Positions 39,300-52,900 of a stretch of 64,000 nucleotides of DNA are shown one piece after another. Source of the DNA: Gordius albopunctatus (Eukaryota); contig OZ193910.1 in the NCBI GenBank assembly GCA_964276515.1, positions 6,014,001 through 6,078,000 on the forward strand. The letters run 5' to 3'. The translations under genes were made by a program, and so were the position numbers. Position 1 is the stretch's first letter. Each line of letters opens with the position of its first letter. A model generated the notes under the pieces. That model had not been told where the DNA came from, did no database searches, and saw only the letters and a program-made list of their open reading frames with translations.

Positions 39300-39670
39300 G
39301 GTGCTGGAGTCCTTAATGAAATCATGTCTTTTAATAAAATATGAAAACCAATCAAAACCTGCTTAATCATATTCTACCCATGAATTAGGCATTGATAAAT
39401 TAAACTGCAATGCCATTGATAAGGCAAAGTATACCCTTAACAAATTTGACCATATATTGATAAAATACTTGTTTAATGGTCACACCTGAATAAAGTTTGC
39501 TAATTAAATATGCTAATTCCTCGTCCTGCTACTTATTAAATATCGTTCCTGCTTTACATTCCCTAACAAATGATTCTCCTTTTAAATTTATTGTGTTAAC
39601 TTTTTAAGGTAGAATAGCTAAAGTTTGTTTGTAAGGCTAAATCTTTCAGGCTAATCTTCTCTGTCATAGC
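39300..39670 (-). mobile_element. Decayed pogo/CENP-B-type transposase fragment
   Basis: Minus strand MPNSWVEYD*AGFDWFSYFIKRH resembles the pogo HTH motif AGxDWFxxFxKRH; stops and frameshifts. Confidence 0.55.
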
Positions 39671-39978
39671 TTTAAGTATTTTTTAGAAAAAAAAGTTTGC
39701 AAATTGTTTTTAGATAGTCAGTCATCTTCAAAAAAAATTTTTATTTATAGTTAATTATTATAGAAAAATTCATACGTTTTTAACTAAAATTAGTTTGGAG
39801 CTAAAAGATGATATAGTTTTAAAGTTATTAGCAAAATAGAAAAATTAAAAAAGGAGCTTTTAGTACCGAAAAATCTTGTTTTTACTATAATTTTTTCTCT
39901 ATTAATTTTTCTCAAAATTTTTTTATACCTGGGATGCGCATATATAAAGTACATTTAAAATATAAATTTGACTGGGTT

Positions 39979-41650
39979 AGGGATGGATATTTTCCCGGGA
40001 AATTTGCTTAAGGGAAAATTCACGGGAAAACACGGGAAATAATGGGAATTAACGGGAAAAAACAAGAAATTAAGGGGAAATAACGAACAAGACAGGTAAA
40101 TTAGTATAAAAAAATGTCCATGAGTATGATTAAGATTAATAAAATTTATTAGTTAAACAATATAAAGAAGCAAATACAAGAAAATCATTAAATAGCCAAT
40201 GCTAATTTTTCATCTAATTTCTCTTGCTGAGTTTGGGCCATGCTATCAAAGTAACTAATAATATTGGATGTTGATGGTTTTGGATCACATGAAGCAGATT
40301 TTGTTGTATAGGGCATTTTTCAAGCATTACCTCACAAATTGATGATTGTGGAGAGGGGGCATTAAGAAAACTTCTTGACAATTCTTTTCCTTTATAAAAT
40401 CTGGTCACTTAGCTATATGATTTGTCATTTTGTTTGAGTTTGGAAATGTATATTTTAAATTGCAATAATTGCAAACAGCAATACAACCTTTTTTATTTGA
40501 AGATAAATTCTTAGAAAAATGTTTACAAATGTCAGATGTTTTTCTTGGCATCTATTAGTCAAAAAAACTAACCATTAGTCAAAAAAATAAGTTTAATAAT
40601 ATTAGATTTTTATATTTATTGTTTTCAAAGGATTACAGATTATTTTTACAAGAATTGTGTGTAAATTCAGTTTAAATAAAATGTAGAAATTTTAATTTAG
40701 ATATAACAAATACTTCTATATCAAAAAACTAAATACTAGCATAAAATAAATATCTATTTAAGATTACTTGATTTGAAGTTGGTAAAAATATTTTCACAGT
40801 TAATGGCAATAAAAATATAATAGATTTTGCTAAATATCTTAAATATTCAAGCATATGTAAATTTACCTGTTAATATAACTTAAAAGCTTATCTAGGATTA
40901 TTGTAATAATTAATTTCAGTGTAGATTGCAAATTCTCTAATGTTAAATAAAAAGTTGATATATTTTTTAAATATTACTTATACTTACTATTAAGTTGATA
41001 TATGATATTTTCAGATTTAGAGTAAAATGGCAATATAAAATTTAAATGATTTTACTAAATATTTTGAATTTACAAGCATGTGTAAATTTACCTGTTAATA
41101 TAACTTAAAAGCTTATCTAGGATTATTGTAATAATTATTTCATTGTAGATTGCAAATTCTCTATTGTTAAATAACAAGTTGATATATTTTTTAAATATTA
41201 CTTATACTTACTATTAATTTGGTATATAATATCTTCAGATTTAGAGTAAAATGGCAATATAAAATTTAAATGATTTTGCTAAACATTGAAATAAATTTAC
41301 AAGCATGGTAAATTTACCTTATATGGAAAGAATTTTACATTAGAGAACTAATTGTTAATGTAACTATATTGTTTACTGAGATAATTAACTTTAGTGTAGA
41401 TTGCAAAATCTTTTAAGTTAACAACTAGATGTTAATAGTATTTAAGCAAATTTTCACAAATTATAAATTAGAAAATATTTAAAATATTGGTTACCACAAG
41501 GTAAATATGAAATTAAAGTAAATTAAAATAATATATAACTTAAATTAGATCATACATATTTGATTTAAAAAAAATATTTTTAGGGGAATTTTCCCAGGGA
41601 AAAATGATTTTTCCCCGAGGAAGTTTCCCGGGAAAATATGGGAATTTTCC
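39979..41650 (-). mobile_element. hAT-derived element with decayed BED zinc finger and an internal ~230-bp duplication
   Basis: TAGGGATGG terminus; GGGAAA subterminal repeats at both ends; MPRKTSDICKHF..AVCNYC..NKMTNHI from 40531; direct repeat ~40845-41075 / ~41075-41320. Confidence 0.7.
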
Positions 41651-42581
41651 TTACGAATGAAATATGATAATGGGTCGTAAAAGAGTGCATATTCATATAC
41701 AGGGTAAATTTGTTTTTAAGATTTTTCACTAATTTGACAAAAAAAAATTAACCGCAAAAGTTTGAGGTTTTCGGTTAAATTATTCCGATAGAGAATTCTT
41801 GTAGGAACAAAATGCACCAAGATTTGAGTGAATGACGCAATTACTCTCAAAAATATGACAAAAATAGTAAAATCTATAAAACGCTCCCGAACGTGATTTT
41901 GGCCCTTAAAACCTCCATAACCTAAAAAGTATTGGACCAAAATGGCTAAATTTTTTAGAAATTACTCTAATAAATGAGGCCTAGACCCTCACCAAAAATT
42001 ATCCTGACCTGAAATGGTCAGTCAAAGACTTTCTGATTTGTCATGGAATGGCCCAATAATAATTTTTTACAAAACTGTTTAACCCCCCCCTCTCCAAATC
42101 CGAAAAATTCGTGTATTTCAATTTAAGTATGGTTAAAATTTAAAAACATTATTCTTTGGTCTCATCCATGGGCATAGACAGGGGGGGCCTCTAAATCCAA
42201 AAACTGGTAAAATTATGGCTAAAATTTTAAAAAATGATAATATTTGCCCCCTTTAATTCCAATGCTGGATAAGCCCATGGTATCATCATAAATTTATAAC
42301 ATCCTCTCTAATCCAACTTATGGCTACACACATAAAAGACCTAATAAAAGATTTCTTATAACTCCAAATAATATTAGAAGATAAAAATTATACAATTTAA
42401 ATTTCTTATATAATGAAAGATGAACTGCATATATTGATTATATATTATTAACTTAATGTAAAAATTTCTATAAAAAATCATTTTAAAGGGTTTTATGTTC
42501 AATTAATCTTCAAACAAATATTCAGCTTCTGAAATATTCCATCAATCTCTCTTCTACTTGTAAAAAAGTTACAAATTTTCC

Positions 42582-43166
42582 TTATGTTAAAGTAAGCTGC
42601 TTCATCAGCCTTTGAATTTGTTTGAGAACCATGCCATTGGCACTTTGACAATTCTCAACTTCATATGGAGGTTCAATTAACAAAATTCCCCCAAATAAGG
42701 AAAATATGTTCATCTCAGGTCCAATATAAGATACCTCAATCATTCGCCTCTCCAAAAATCCTTCAACCTGAGTTTTCCTACTTGCAATATCTTGATCAGA
42801 ATAGTTTCTCGTAGTTGGTTCAAACTTCATATTTAAAAGATATTTTGCTTTTTCAGTTAATTCCCCTTCAATTAAAATTTTTTGAGTATTGCTCATAGAA
42901 ATTAAATAAACACTCTCTTCAGGATTAGTACCAACCAAAATTATACTGTGGCAATAATTTATTAACAAATAAAGCATCAGTAAGAATTTAAATAGTATAT
43001 TGCAGTAGACATAAAAAATATAGATAGGAAATTACCTTTGAGAAAGAGGATCAATAGTGTATACAATGCCCTCATACTCTAAATTGTTGGAAAATATTCT
43101 TACATATTTGTAGACAAAATTATTCAACTCCAATGGGTCAATATTAATTTTAAAATTTTCTTCCAT
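42582..43166 (-). CDS. GEMIN6: Gem-associated protein 6 (SMN complex); exons 43166-43036 and 42945-42582, 164 aa
   Basis: Sm-like N-terminus YEGIVYTIDPLSQSIILV; C-terminus IEPPYEVENCQSANGMVLKQIQRLM matches the Gemin6 PPY..ENC..N..L..Q pattern; in-phase GT-AG intron. Confidence 0.9.
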
Positions 43167-43535
43167 CCAAACACATTACACCAAATTGGTACAAAAAATT
43201 TTACCACGCAAATTTTTATTCGTACCTTTGAAAAAGCGTCGCGATTTATGCCATATGCAACATACATTATATACTTTCCAAACCCAAACCTAAACAATAA
43301 CATTTACCCCACTGATTCTTTAAAATATCACTTAAATAACACTGTATACGCTTGTTAACTAGACCATGCACGTAGCCAGCATTGGAATTAGAGGGGGGCG
43401 ATAATGAATTAGGGAGGGGAAAATGAAAAATTTTTGAGTTAGTGTCAGAGGATGCCATTCCGGATAATCCTATAGAATGGGCATTCGAGAAATAAGCAGG
43501 CAGGTTGAAGACAATAAATTGCCCCCTGGCTCAAC

Positions 43536-44755
43536 TAGTGTTTCGATCTCGTCTCGTCTCGATCTCGAAACCAAAATCTCGTCTCGTCTCGGGTGGGATT
43601 ATTAGAATCTCGATCTCGTCTCGGCCTAGAAAAATCTCGATCTCGTCTCGTCTCGACTTTTAAAAATAATTATAATAACATATATTTTTTTCTTATAAAT
43701 TATTATATAAGGTATAAATTTGTCAAAATAGACGTAATTTTTAACTTGAATCTCAAAACAGAAGCTTGAGTAACTTAAGGTAGGAAGCAATATAATATAG
43801 GTGTTATATACTAATTGACTCAAAGGTATAAGGCTGCTAATTAATAAATTTTATGTCCTGGGTAAGGCTCAATAAAATAAAATTTAATATCATCATACTT
43901 TAACATAATGAATTTATTGAAATTTTAAATAATAGAGTACAAATAATGAAAAAAATGCGAGAGTAACTTTTTAAAACATTATCATTTATAACAAATAATT
44001 ATATGAATATCGTAAATACAATAAAATAGCCATATTGTTGGAAGAACATAAAAGTTTTGATATCTTAGGTTAATTGCACATATATAATTAAGTAACGTTT
44101 ATTTAGGAAATTTAAACAATTCTATTATGGTGTGGCATCCCATTATATATAACAAAATATTGACTTAATGTATAATAATCCTTATGATGGTAACGTTTTA
44201 GATGTCGTTGAAGACCTGAAGTATTGCTATCTGTCATTTTTATTTCTTTGGAACAGAATTTACATTTCCCCATTTTATTTGATTCCTCTTTGGATATTGT
44301 GAAATGTTTCAGTAGCTTGTTCTTTTTTAAATTGCATGCTGGGGAAAAACTCATCGTCTAAAATTTTCATATTATATAAGCTAAATAAATACATAATTAC
44401 TTCTTCGAATAACACTATGTTAATGTTTTAATAAGATTATACTATAAATTTGATATTAGCGCGAAGCGGATAAGTAATTTAAAATCAAAAGTTTAAAATC
44501 ATATTAATTTCATTTAATATCCTAAATTTAAATTTCATGAAATCAGTTTTTTAAATAGTTAAATTTAACTTAATAGTAAAAAATAAAAATTAAAGTCGAG
44601 ATCTCGCCGATAAAATCTCGTCTCGTCTCGAGGTCAAAATTCTCGTCTCGATCTCGACTCAATTTTTCAAAATCTCGTCTCGTCTCGTTTCGGTTTTTCG
44701 AGACGAGACGAGACGAGACGAGACCGAGATTTGTCTCGGTTTTTCCGCATCACTA
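43536..44755 (-). mobile_element. Non-autonomous hAT element with BED zinc-finger ORF (44354-44112)
   Basis: TAGTG / CACTA termini; 8-bp TSD GGCTCAAC; (TCTCG)n subterminal repeats; KHF..KCKFC..NTSGLQRHLKRYH. Confidence 0.92.
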
Positions 44756-45250
44756 GGCTCAACTATTCCGACAGGGATACGTCAGACAAATGGAAGGGGA
44801 GCCAATAAAGCAATTTGTACGTAGACTGAAATCCGCGTCAAGGGATTGCAATTTCACAAGCGGGGATTTACCCAACAGGCTGTTGGATCAGTTCATTCTG
44901 GGATTGCAGAATCCGACGGTTCAAGCCAGATTGATGGCTGAGGGTGAACTAAAATGGGACAGGGCCATCGAGTTAGCCCTTTTGATGAAAACGTTTGAAG
45001 AAGGGGTAAAAACGGTGCAAGTACCAGTAGAAGAAGCATTCGCGGTGGATACGTCAAGGGGGGGCCATAACATTATCAGCTTTAGATATTTTAACTATCG
45101 ATTTATATGTTAATAATAATTTGGTGCAATTTTTTTATTGGACACCGGGTCTTCGGTTACGATCGTGCCGGACAAGCTTTGGAGGGAGCCCCTACCAACC
45201 ATAGCAGAACCCACTCCCACCGTCTACGGATATGGAAAAAGGAAATCGGG
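44756..45250 (+). mobile_element. Ty3/gypsy gag and protease remnant (likely continues left of the hAT insertion, ~43445-43535)
   Basis: QMEGEPIKQFVRRLK..CNF..RLLDQFILGL....QARL (gag); LLDTGSSVTIV (aspartic protease). Confidence 0.82.
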
Positions 45251-45259
45251 TGGGCTCGG

Positions 45260-46290
45260 TCCCCAGGTCGAGTGACCCCATCAGACCGACCCGAAGCCGG
45301 TTATTTTATGAAGCTTTACCCGAGCCCGGCCTAAAACTCTCTTGGTCGGGTAGAGCGGGATGGGCTTAAAAACTTTAAAGTGCTTTCGGTTCGGGCTGGA
45401 TTTGAGTTGGAAATTTTTAAACTCGGGTCTGTCAGGTTGAAGGGTATGAATCTAATATTGCATAATAGACATATCTTTCAAATTAATGCCATTATATATA
45501 ATATTTTATAATTAATATCAAAATATAAAATCCATTTATCTCCTACATTCATTTATTAATTTATTTTAAGTTATATCTGAATTTTGGATTTGCGCAATTT
45601 AAAACTCAGAGAGGTAGAACATCTTCATTGATGCCATAAATTATGATAAATATGTAATTGATATCACAAAACTTATTAACAATTTTCTGAACTCCCATTT
45701 TTCTTTTTTAAATATTAATGTCTCAACTTGTTTTACCGCCTAACATATACCCTAGAATAAAATAAAAATATCATGAGTATTTATTAAACGAATGATTAAA
45801 ATGTATAAAAAAAACATTATTTTACAAACATGATTTAAGAATTAGATTTTTAAAAGAATGATCAAATTTTCTACTCTCATTTTCGCACAATTGCCACAAC
45901 CATTATTAGCCTTAAAATCAAGATTGCTTGATAATACAGACAGACCCATGTTAATTTAGCAAGTTTAACAATATCTGCATTTTTTATGGTGCCTACTGAA
46001 GATAGTGAATGGTAAGAGAGGTACTTTAAATGAAATATACAAAAAAAAACTTTTCTAAATTAGTATCTACTTTGTTCTTATACTTTCACTTCTGGCTAAC
46101 ATTTTTTAAAATATTATTAAATCTTTTGTTTTTTGGGGGCATAACATTTTATTGCCATTTAAAACCAACAAAATCAATTTTACACCAATCACTCTTTTAC
46201 TTTCAGGTCGGGTCGGATTTAAAACGCTTTCAGGTCGGGTTCGGGTTGAAAAAAAGTGACTTTGCAGGGCTCAAAGGTTGGGTCGACCTT
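45260..46290. mobile_element. hAT-like MITE with CGGGT/ACCCG subterminal repeats
   Basis: AGGTCGA / TCGACCT termini and TCGGG clusters at both ends; no clear TSD. Confidence 0.55.
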
Positions 46291-46882
46291 CGGGGGAGGG
46301 CATGCATGGTTCTACACCTTTTCCAAAAATTATAACTTTATCAACAATTTTTATCATGGGATAGATCGTTAACAAATTTTTATGTCCGACTTATAACCAT
46401 AGCCTATAACACGGCAGCGATTTTCGAAATGCAAAACTTAAATTAATTTCTAATATAAAAGCGTTATAATCTAAATTTTAAATGTTAAATGAATTTTTTT
46501 TAGTGAAACGCATATTGACACAAAAAATGAATATAAGCAAAAATATAAATCCGAGATTAAAACATACCCTATTCTCGCCATCCCTCCAATATGTTTCTCC
46601 CTCTTGATCAAAACTAGCTCAAAATTTCTACGAGTCATTCTAAAAACTATGTTTTATATTTTATTTTAGATGATTATAATATATTTCAAGAAAATCTTAA
46701 CTTCTACAATTAATTTTATAATTAAATGCAATAAGATAGGTCAATTGAATACTATATATTAAACAAATTAGGTCAGATGCCTAGAGTCACGTGCACCAAT
46801 AAACTGTTGCATCCAAACCAAAGGTAGTTTCAAAACTGATTTGTTGTATCAACAAGTGTAAATTCATAAAATAGATTTAGTA

Positions 46883-49661
46883 ATGTTTACAAGTTTCTCG
46901 TGTAAAAGATGGATCCAATTTATTATTCAACCTTTAGATTATTTAATAGCCCTATTTTTGATAGGTCCATTGGTGGTAATTTTTTGGCGTTCGGTTTGGG
47001 TTGCTCCTGACATAATTTCCATATCAAATCAGACGATTCAAATGATAGAAAATGAAAAATCAAATCATTTAATGGAACCAAAAATGTTTCGGAAAACATT
47101 TATCGTCATTACCACCTCGACCGATAATTCCATATTTGAGACCGGCTATGAAAATATCCATAAAAATATTTTCAATTTCAATAACAGCAACAATGTGTCG
47201 GGTGATATATATTCTCAGTCAAAAGTTTATGATTTCCAAAGACTCAGTCAAATTCAGAAACGCCTGGCCATCGCATTTTTCATTATCGGAACTCTTTCAT
47301 CATTGTTAGCCGTGTTAGGGCAATATAAGATGCAGGATATCATGTCACCTTTGGACGATTTGGAGGGAATAATTTATAAGTCCAACCAAAATGTTAGTGA
47401 TAAAATAGCTTCAAAAACTAATCATAAACATTTATCTTTCATAAATTATAAAGATTATTGCAATACCCCGATTACGACCCACAATTTAAAGGAATTAATT
47501 CACGACAGAGTTTATTCTTCTATGAATAAATCAAGTTTACCCGCATCAAATATAGAGGATAGCGATGCAAATGTCAAACATAATACAAAAATTGCAAGTA
47601 TAAGTAATTGGAAAAAAAGAATACTTTTCCCTATATACGCGTACATAATGTCGGTCTTAGTAATTTTTCAATGGCGAGGCCTATGGAATTTGTTAAACAT
47701 ATTCGTCGGTTCAACTATTGTCCCAGCTTCAATCATATTTTTAATTGGCATATCAATTTTATTAGTAAGCGGCTGCCTAAATAATTGTATATCGGTTCCT
47801 TTAAATGTATTCACGGATTGGAATCTACAAGATGATATATTTTTGATACCCACATTTCTGAAAACTCAAGTAAGCCCCTTGGCTTATTAAGTGAATACGT
47901 TTTTGTGTAATTTCCAAGCACTAATGTTTATAATATTTTAGCAATAATAAACAAAAACTGTGTCAAGAAATTGAACTATGAACCACAAAATGCTTATTAA
48001 ATTTTAGTTCTTTTTTAATTTCCATTTGTATTATAATATTTTAAAATTTTTATCAACGTTTTTTAATTATTTAGTAGGAATAATAATTGTAAATTGTCTG
48101 TTGCAAAAGCAAAGCATCTATCGAAATGTGTAGGAAAATTCCTGATAAATATTTTAGAATTCTAAATTAAATACAGTAATTTCAATATATTTGTAAAATA
48201 GCCAGATAGGGATGGAATCTGGTCTTTTTTCAAAGACGCCTGTATAACGGTATTGCTACTCAACAATTCCGTCATTCTTTGTTGGAATGGTGCATGGAAT
48301 ATTATTCAAGGATTAGGGAATTTGCTGGGTGTCCCTTCTGCATACTGGGTTACTCTTTATTCGGCTGCAGTTATCATACCCTTAGTAATTATGATCAAAG
48401 TTATACTGTACTACGCATGTCCTTCAATCTGTTACACGGATTACAGGAAAAAACCTCACAAATCACGAGACAACTGCGAAATTGTCAATCAAAAATTGTT
48501 TGATTTGTGCGATGCAGACTTCAACAATAGGGTAAATAGACAGAAGAAGGAGAGCCCCCGAAAACAATGCAATTTAGAATTCCAAAACTTAAGTGCGATG
48601 AAAGAGGTCGATCGAATAAACGTCGAGAAATCTTGCAAAAAAACTTTAAAAATTTCATACGTTTGCCTAAAATCATACAAATTCCTTGCCAAATTATTTA
48701 AATTGAAACGCTTGATCAGCATGCTCATTCGCCACAGCATATTAACATTGGCTTTTGCGGCAGTTTTGTCTTATTGGGTTGGTAAGTGTCACTCTCGCAT
48801 AAAAGCTTTGAAATGTTAAACATTAATTTTCGGCTACACATATTAATTAATAGTACCGAAATATGGGCAAAAACTCTTTAAAATGTATACAATGTGGTAT
48901 ATTTTGCAACTTTATATATGCAAAAAAAATATGGGACCATTTTATGATTAATTAAGAATTACTACTAAAAGTTATACTAGCATTATAAATAATTCTTCAT
49001 AGTTTTATTATATGGTCATAATTACGCATTATAATTTAAAAATTTGAAGTTAAATTATTTGTAATGATCATTAATTGAGTCTCTAAAAACCCTTCAATCG
49101 GGCTATCAGAATTTGGTCCACATAGCGCTTATTTAAAATCCCTCGTTTAATAGTAGGGGACACCCGAAACCCGAAACATTAATGTTGCCATACTTTAATA
49201 GCGTGAGGTCCTAATGGGCATTTATAATTGCACAACCAACGACAAGATGTTTTGGAAGATTCAAAGAATTTAAATTTGTTGTATAAAAATCAGAGCACTT
49301 TTTGTTTCCGATTATTTTCAGTGAAGACCATTATGCGGAATTGTAACTTCAGTTCGCCATTCCAAAAATATAGAATTTATTACAAATTATACTAAATTAT
49401 ATATTGACAGGTATATGGCTCCTATTGGACTACTACGTTCATTTCGATTATTTCATCATAATGCACTACCTATCATTCGTAGCCTTAGTATGTATGTTTG
49501 CCTCCAATTCGTTGATTTTCAGGGGCATAATCACGGATAAAGATTTCTTCAACACTAACAACGCCCCTAACACACGCTATGGATCACAAACACTATTAAC
49601 CGTTAAGGATAATTGGCTATTGCCTAAATATTTAACCAGTTTTCCTTTGAAACTTCAATGA
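46883..49661 (+). CDS. fusl: Fuseless-family multipass membrane protein; exons 46883-47869, 48202-48781, 49411-49661 (605 aa)
   Basis: Repeated W.G.W-type helices (GPLVVIFWRSVW, QWRGLWNLL, CWNGAW, YWVGIWLLLD) and F.IPT.LKT; in-phase GT-AG introns. Confidence 0.82.
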
Positions 49662-49985
49662 TCATATTAGAAAAACAGATTTTATAACACCATATTAGAT
49701 AAAACATAGACTATGAAATTTAATTTTTCCTTGTGTAAGTTTTAATTTAACTTGTTAAATGCATTTATGGTAACTATCATGTATTAAGAATACTATTATT
49801 AAGACATAACTCCATTTGATTAATAATGAAGTAATTAGCAGAAAATTTGGACGCCTTAGAAACATAACTTTTAGCCTCAATAAACAAAATTAAAATTTAG
49901 GAATAACTCAGATTATTTTATCAAATAAAACAAAAATATAGTTGATTTTATTTACAAAATGTGCGATATCACGGGGTAAATACAA

Positions 49986-52900
49986 TTAAGGAATGGGTAT
50001 TTTTGATTCTTTTTGCAAACATAACCAGGTATTTATATTTTCGTAAACTTTCAACGGCACTCCTGACTCGTAAGGTATGTGCCATTTACATTCGTCTTGT
50101 CCTTGCACAACAATGTCATGTTTCAAGGGGGGCTACACAATTAGAAGACACATAAAAATTCTAATATATGCAAATAATTTATTAATTAAAATAATGCTTC
50201 ACTTAAAATGTAAATTCATATTTCTTAGAATTGGTTATTATCTTTTGATACATTAATAAATTGACATTTTGAAAATTGTAAATACGGAAAGGTGGAACTT
50301 GCTATACGGCCTTTTAAAAACAAAAAAAACGAGGACATGAATGCGCTATGGAACAATATAAAAGTTTTCTCTGCCTTTTAAATTATAAAGATATCAAGGA
50401 ATCTGGGGTATCTACCTTATCATTCATGATTACATTATTTATACTTGTAAAGAAAGAATTATTTTAAATTTGTTTTCAAAACGAATATTTTTATTTGTTA
50501 AAAACAAAAGTTCAATTGATCCTGTGGTGTTTCCCCCGTTTAATTATTATTATTCATCTATTTTTATGGTCCCTCTTACTCAAAAACGTTTACTCTGGAA
50601 ATGTGCCACATAATCGTGTTGTTATAACATCGCTAGTTAAACGCGCACATAAAAGACTGGCTTATTTGTTTTTGGCTGTTTATTCCCCACACTCACACAC
50701 ACGCGCGCGTAAATTGTAAGGAATCATTTTATGATATAAATAGATCGTTATTTTCATTACCATCACGTTTCAAAATATTATGACATCACCGTGATTGAGC
50801 GATAATTAATAATATATACCTCGCGATCACTCGTTGATTTTTAATTAATTATTTTTTTGTGTGTGTAGAAAATAAATAAATGTAGCGTATTATTAAAACC
50901 AAGAAATTTCTCGGACCCATTTTATCGCGTATTTTTCCGTCGCGCCGCTGAAATAAATAAATAAATTTGAAGCCTGCTTATTCGGTAGTTTAAAGGTATA
51001 ATTACTGCTGAGAATTCAATAAATCCTTTAGGTCAATTTTTGGGGATATATTTGGAGGATATATAAAAGATCCATACTTATATTTTATAATCCTGTATTA
51101 GGCAAACCCAAAAATAATTTAAATTTATTCACATCTCCCTCTATAACTAGTTTAAATAGAAAATTGGTTGACAATATTACGAGTAGTTGTATAGTATTAC
51201 CAACATGAGGACCGTGCCATCTAGTTTAACCTTTAGGAGGTAGAGTTGATGCATCTTGCGCCAAATATTAAAGGCGGCCCCGTGTTGCCCGAGCGCGTAT
51301 TTGTGGTCTCTAAACATGTCTTTGGTCAAGATCGTGGTCCCGAGTCCCGCATGCATGGCTGCGTATATCAAAAAGGGATCATCTTTCGATCTAAAATACA
51401 ATGGTACTTTTGATAATTTAATTTTTATTTTCAAGGATAAGTATCTATTGCAAAAGAAGTCACACATATTTTTAGGGGGTATGATTATAAAAATTGCAAT
51501 ATTTTTGATTAATAATTAACACCAAACCAGATAAGGTTTACCTTCTGGAGCCTTTTGTGGTGAACGCGAATATTTTTTTCGTTTTTACCCTATGTCAACC
51601 TTTAAAAATTTGGGTTCAAAGTTGCGAAGACTTATTTTGAAGATGTATACTGCGTAAACAATGGGTGTCCTTTAAAAAAAAATAAAAACTCAGTGCAAAA
51701 TATCTCGTGATTTAAAGAATACAACGCTTGTCTAGCATGACGACACACTTTTGGGCACTGCAAAATGTTTTTAATAAAAATTAAATATCAATTCAATTGT
51801 TTCGTATACAAATTCAACCTTATCTCCAATGAATTCATGTAAACTAGTCAGCATCAAAACAACAACAAACATATAAAACACAAATCGCTATCTTTAAACA
51901 ATATTAATTAAGCTGCGAGTTATAGACCACAAGCGCCTCGGTAGCTAACAAAGGCAAGCAACAATCAAACGACGACAACTTCCTCTCTCCAAAATACAAC
52001 AATCGACCACGACACACTTCCTTTTTGTACAGAACTTAACAAAAACTTTTTGCAATTAATTGACTAACAATTAAATCTGGTCTTCTTCATATAATGGGCT
52101 AAAGGGTAAGCTAGCTTCAAATAATTACCTATATCTAAATAGTTCATTTTGGGGAGTATTATAACAAAAATAGACAAGCGGAACATTATGTCAAAAAAGG
52201 CAGTTTTAATCATAACAAAAGCGCTAATTATATTCTTTAAATGGGTTATATTAATTGGCAGATTTAAAAAAACATGGCAAATCCAGAAGGTTGTTATAAG
52301 AAATTTGCAATAACATAAACCCGATAAAATTATGCTTACATATTGTCTAGCAAAAAGGTCGGATAACTATTAAATATTTTTTCGGCTTGGCGCTTATTCC
52401 ATTGTAACATGTGCCTCCTCCCGAACACAGCCACTCGTTGCTTACGATGCACGGTAAAATATTCGATGACGTTCGCCAGCTGAATAAAATCAATTAACAA
52501 AATTCAAATTTTATCATATGTTAAACGAATATTTTTTAATTCAAAAGGTCAAATTTACTATAGGCTTAAAATAATAACTAATGGATAGCAAAGCAGGTAA
52601 ACAATTATTTGTTAATTCATTTTAAAAATCTTTAATATAAAAACACTTAGGGTCACTGACTATAAAGTTTAATTTAACCTACTTCAGTCTAGAACTGCGA
52701 ATAATTGCTTAAACGTTTACAAATTTGTTTTTAAATATTATATTGTGATGTTTGTCATATTCGAAAAAAATTTAACGATATTAACTGAGTGATATATGTT
52801 ATTTTTAAGACACACAAATTCTCACGATTTTAAAACGATAAAAGTTGGTGGGCGCCTGTCCCAGGCAAACGTTCAACGCATCTATGACAACGTCAAATTT

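Noticed and set aside
41655..42055. DNA transposon end (…TCATGGAATGGCCC)
   Set aside because: No partner terminus found, so it cannot be classified.
50990..51110. Candidate last exon of PRORP
   Set aside because: Lacks WHIPY/WLCL, which are found in phase at 50132-49986.
51530..52115. Intronic element with possible TIRs
   Set aside because: Terminal match is weak and no TSD is seen; probably a TE but not supportable.
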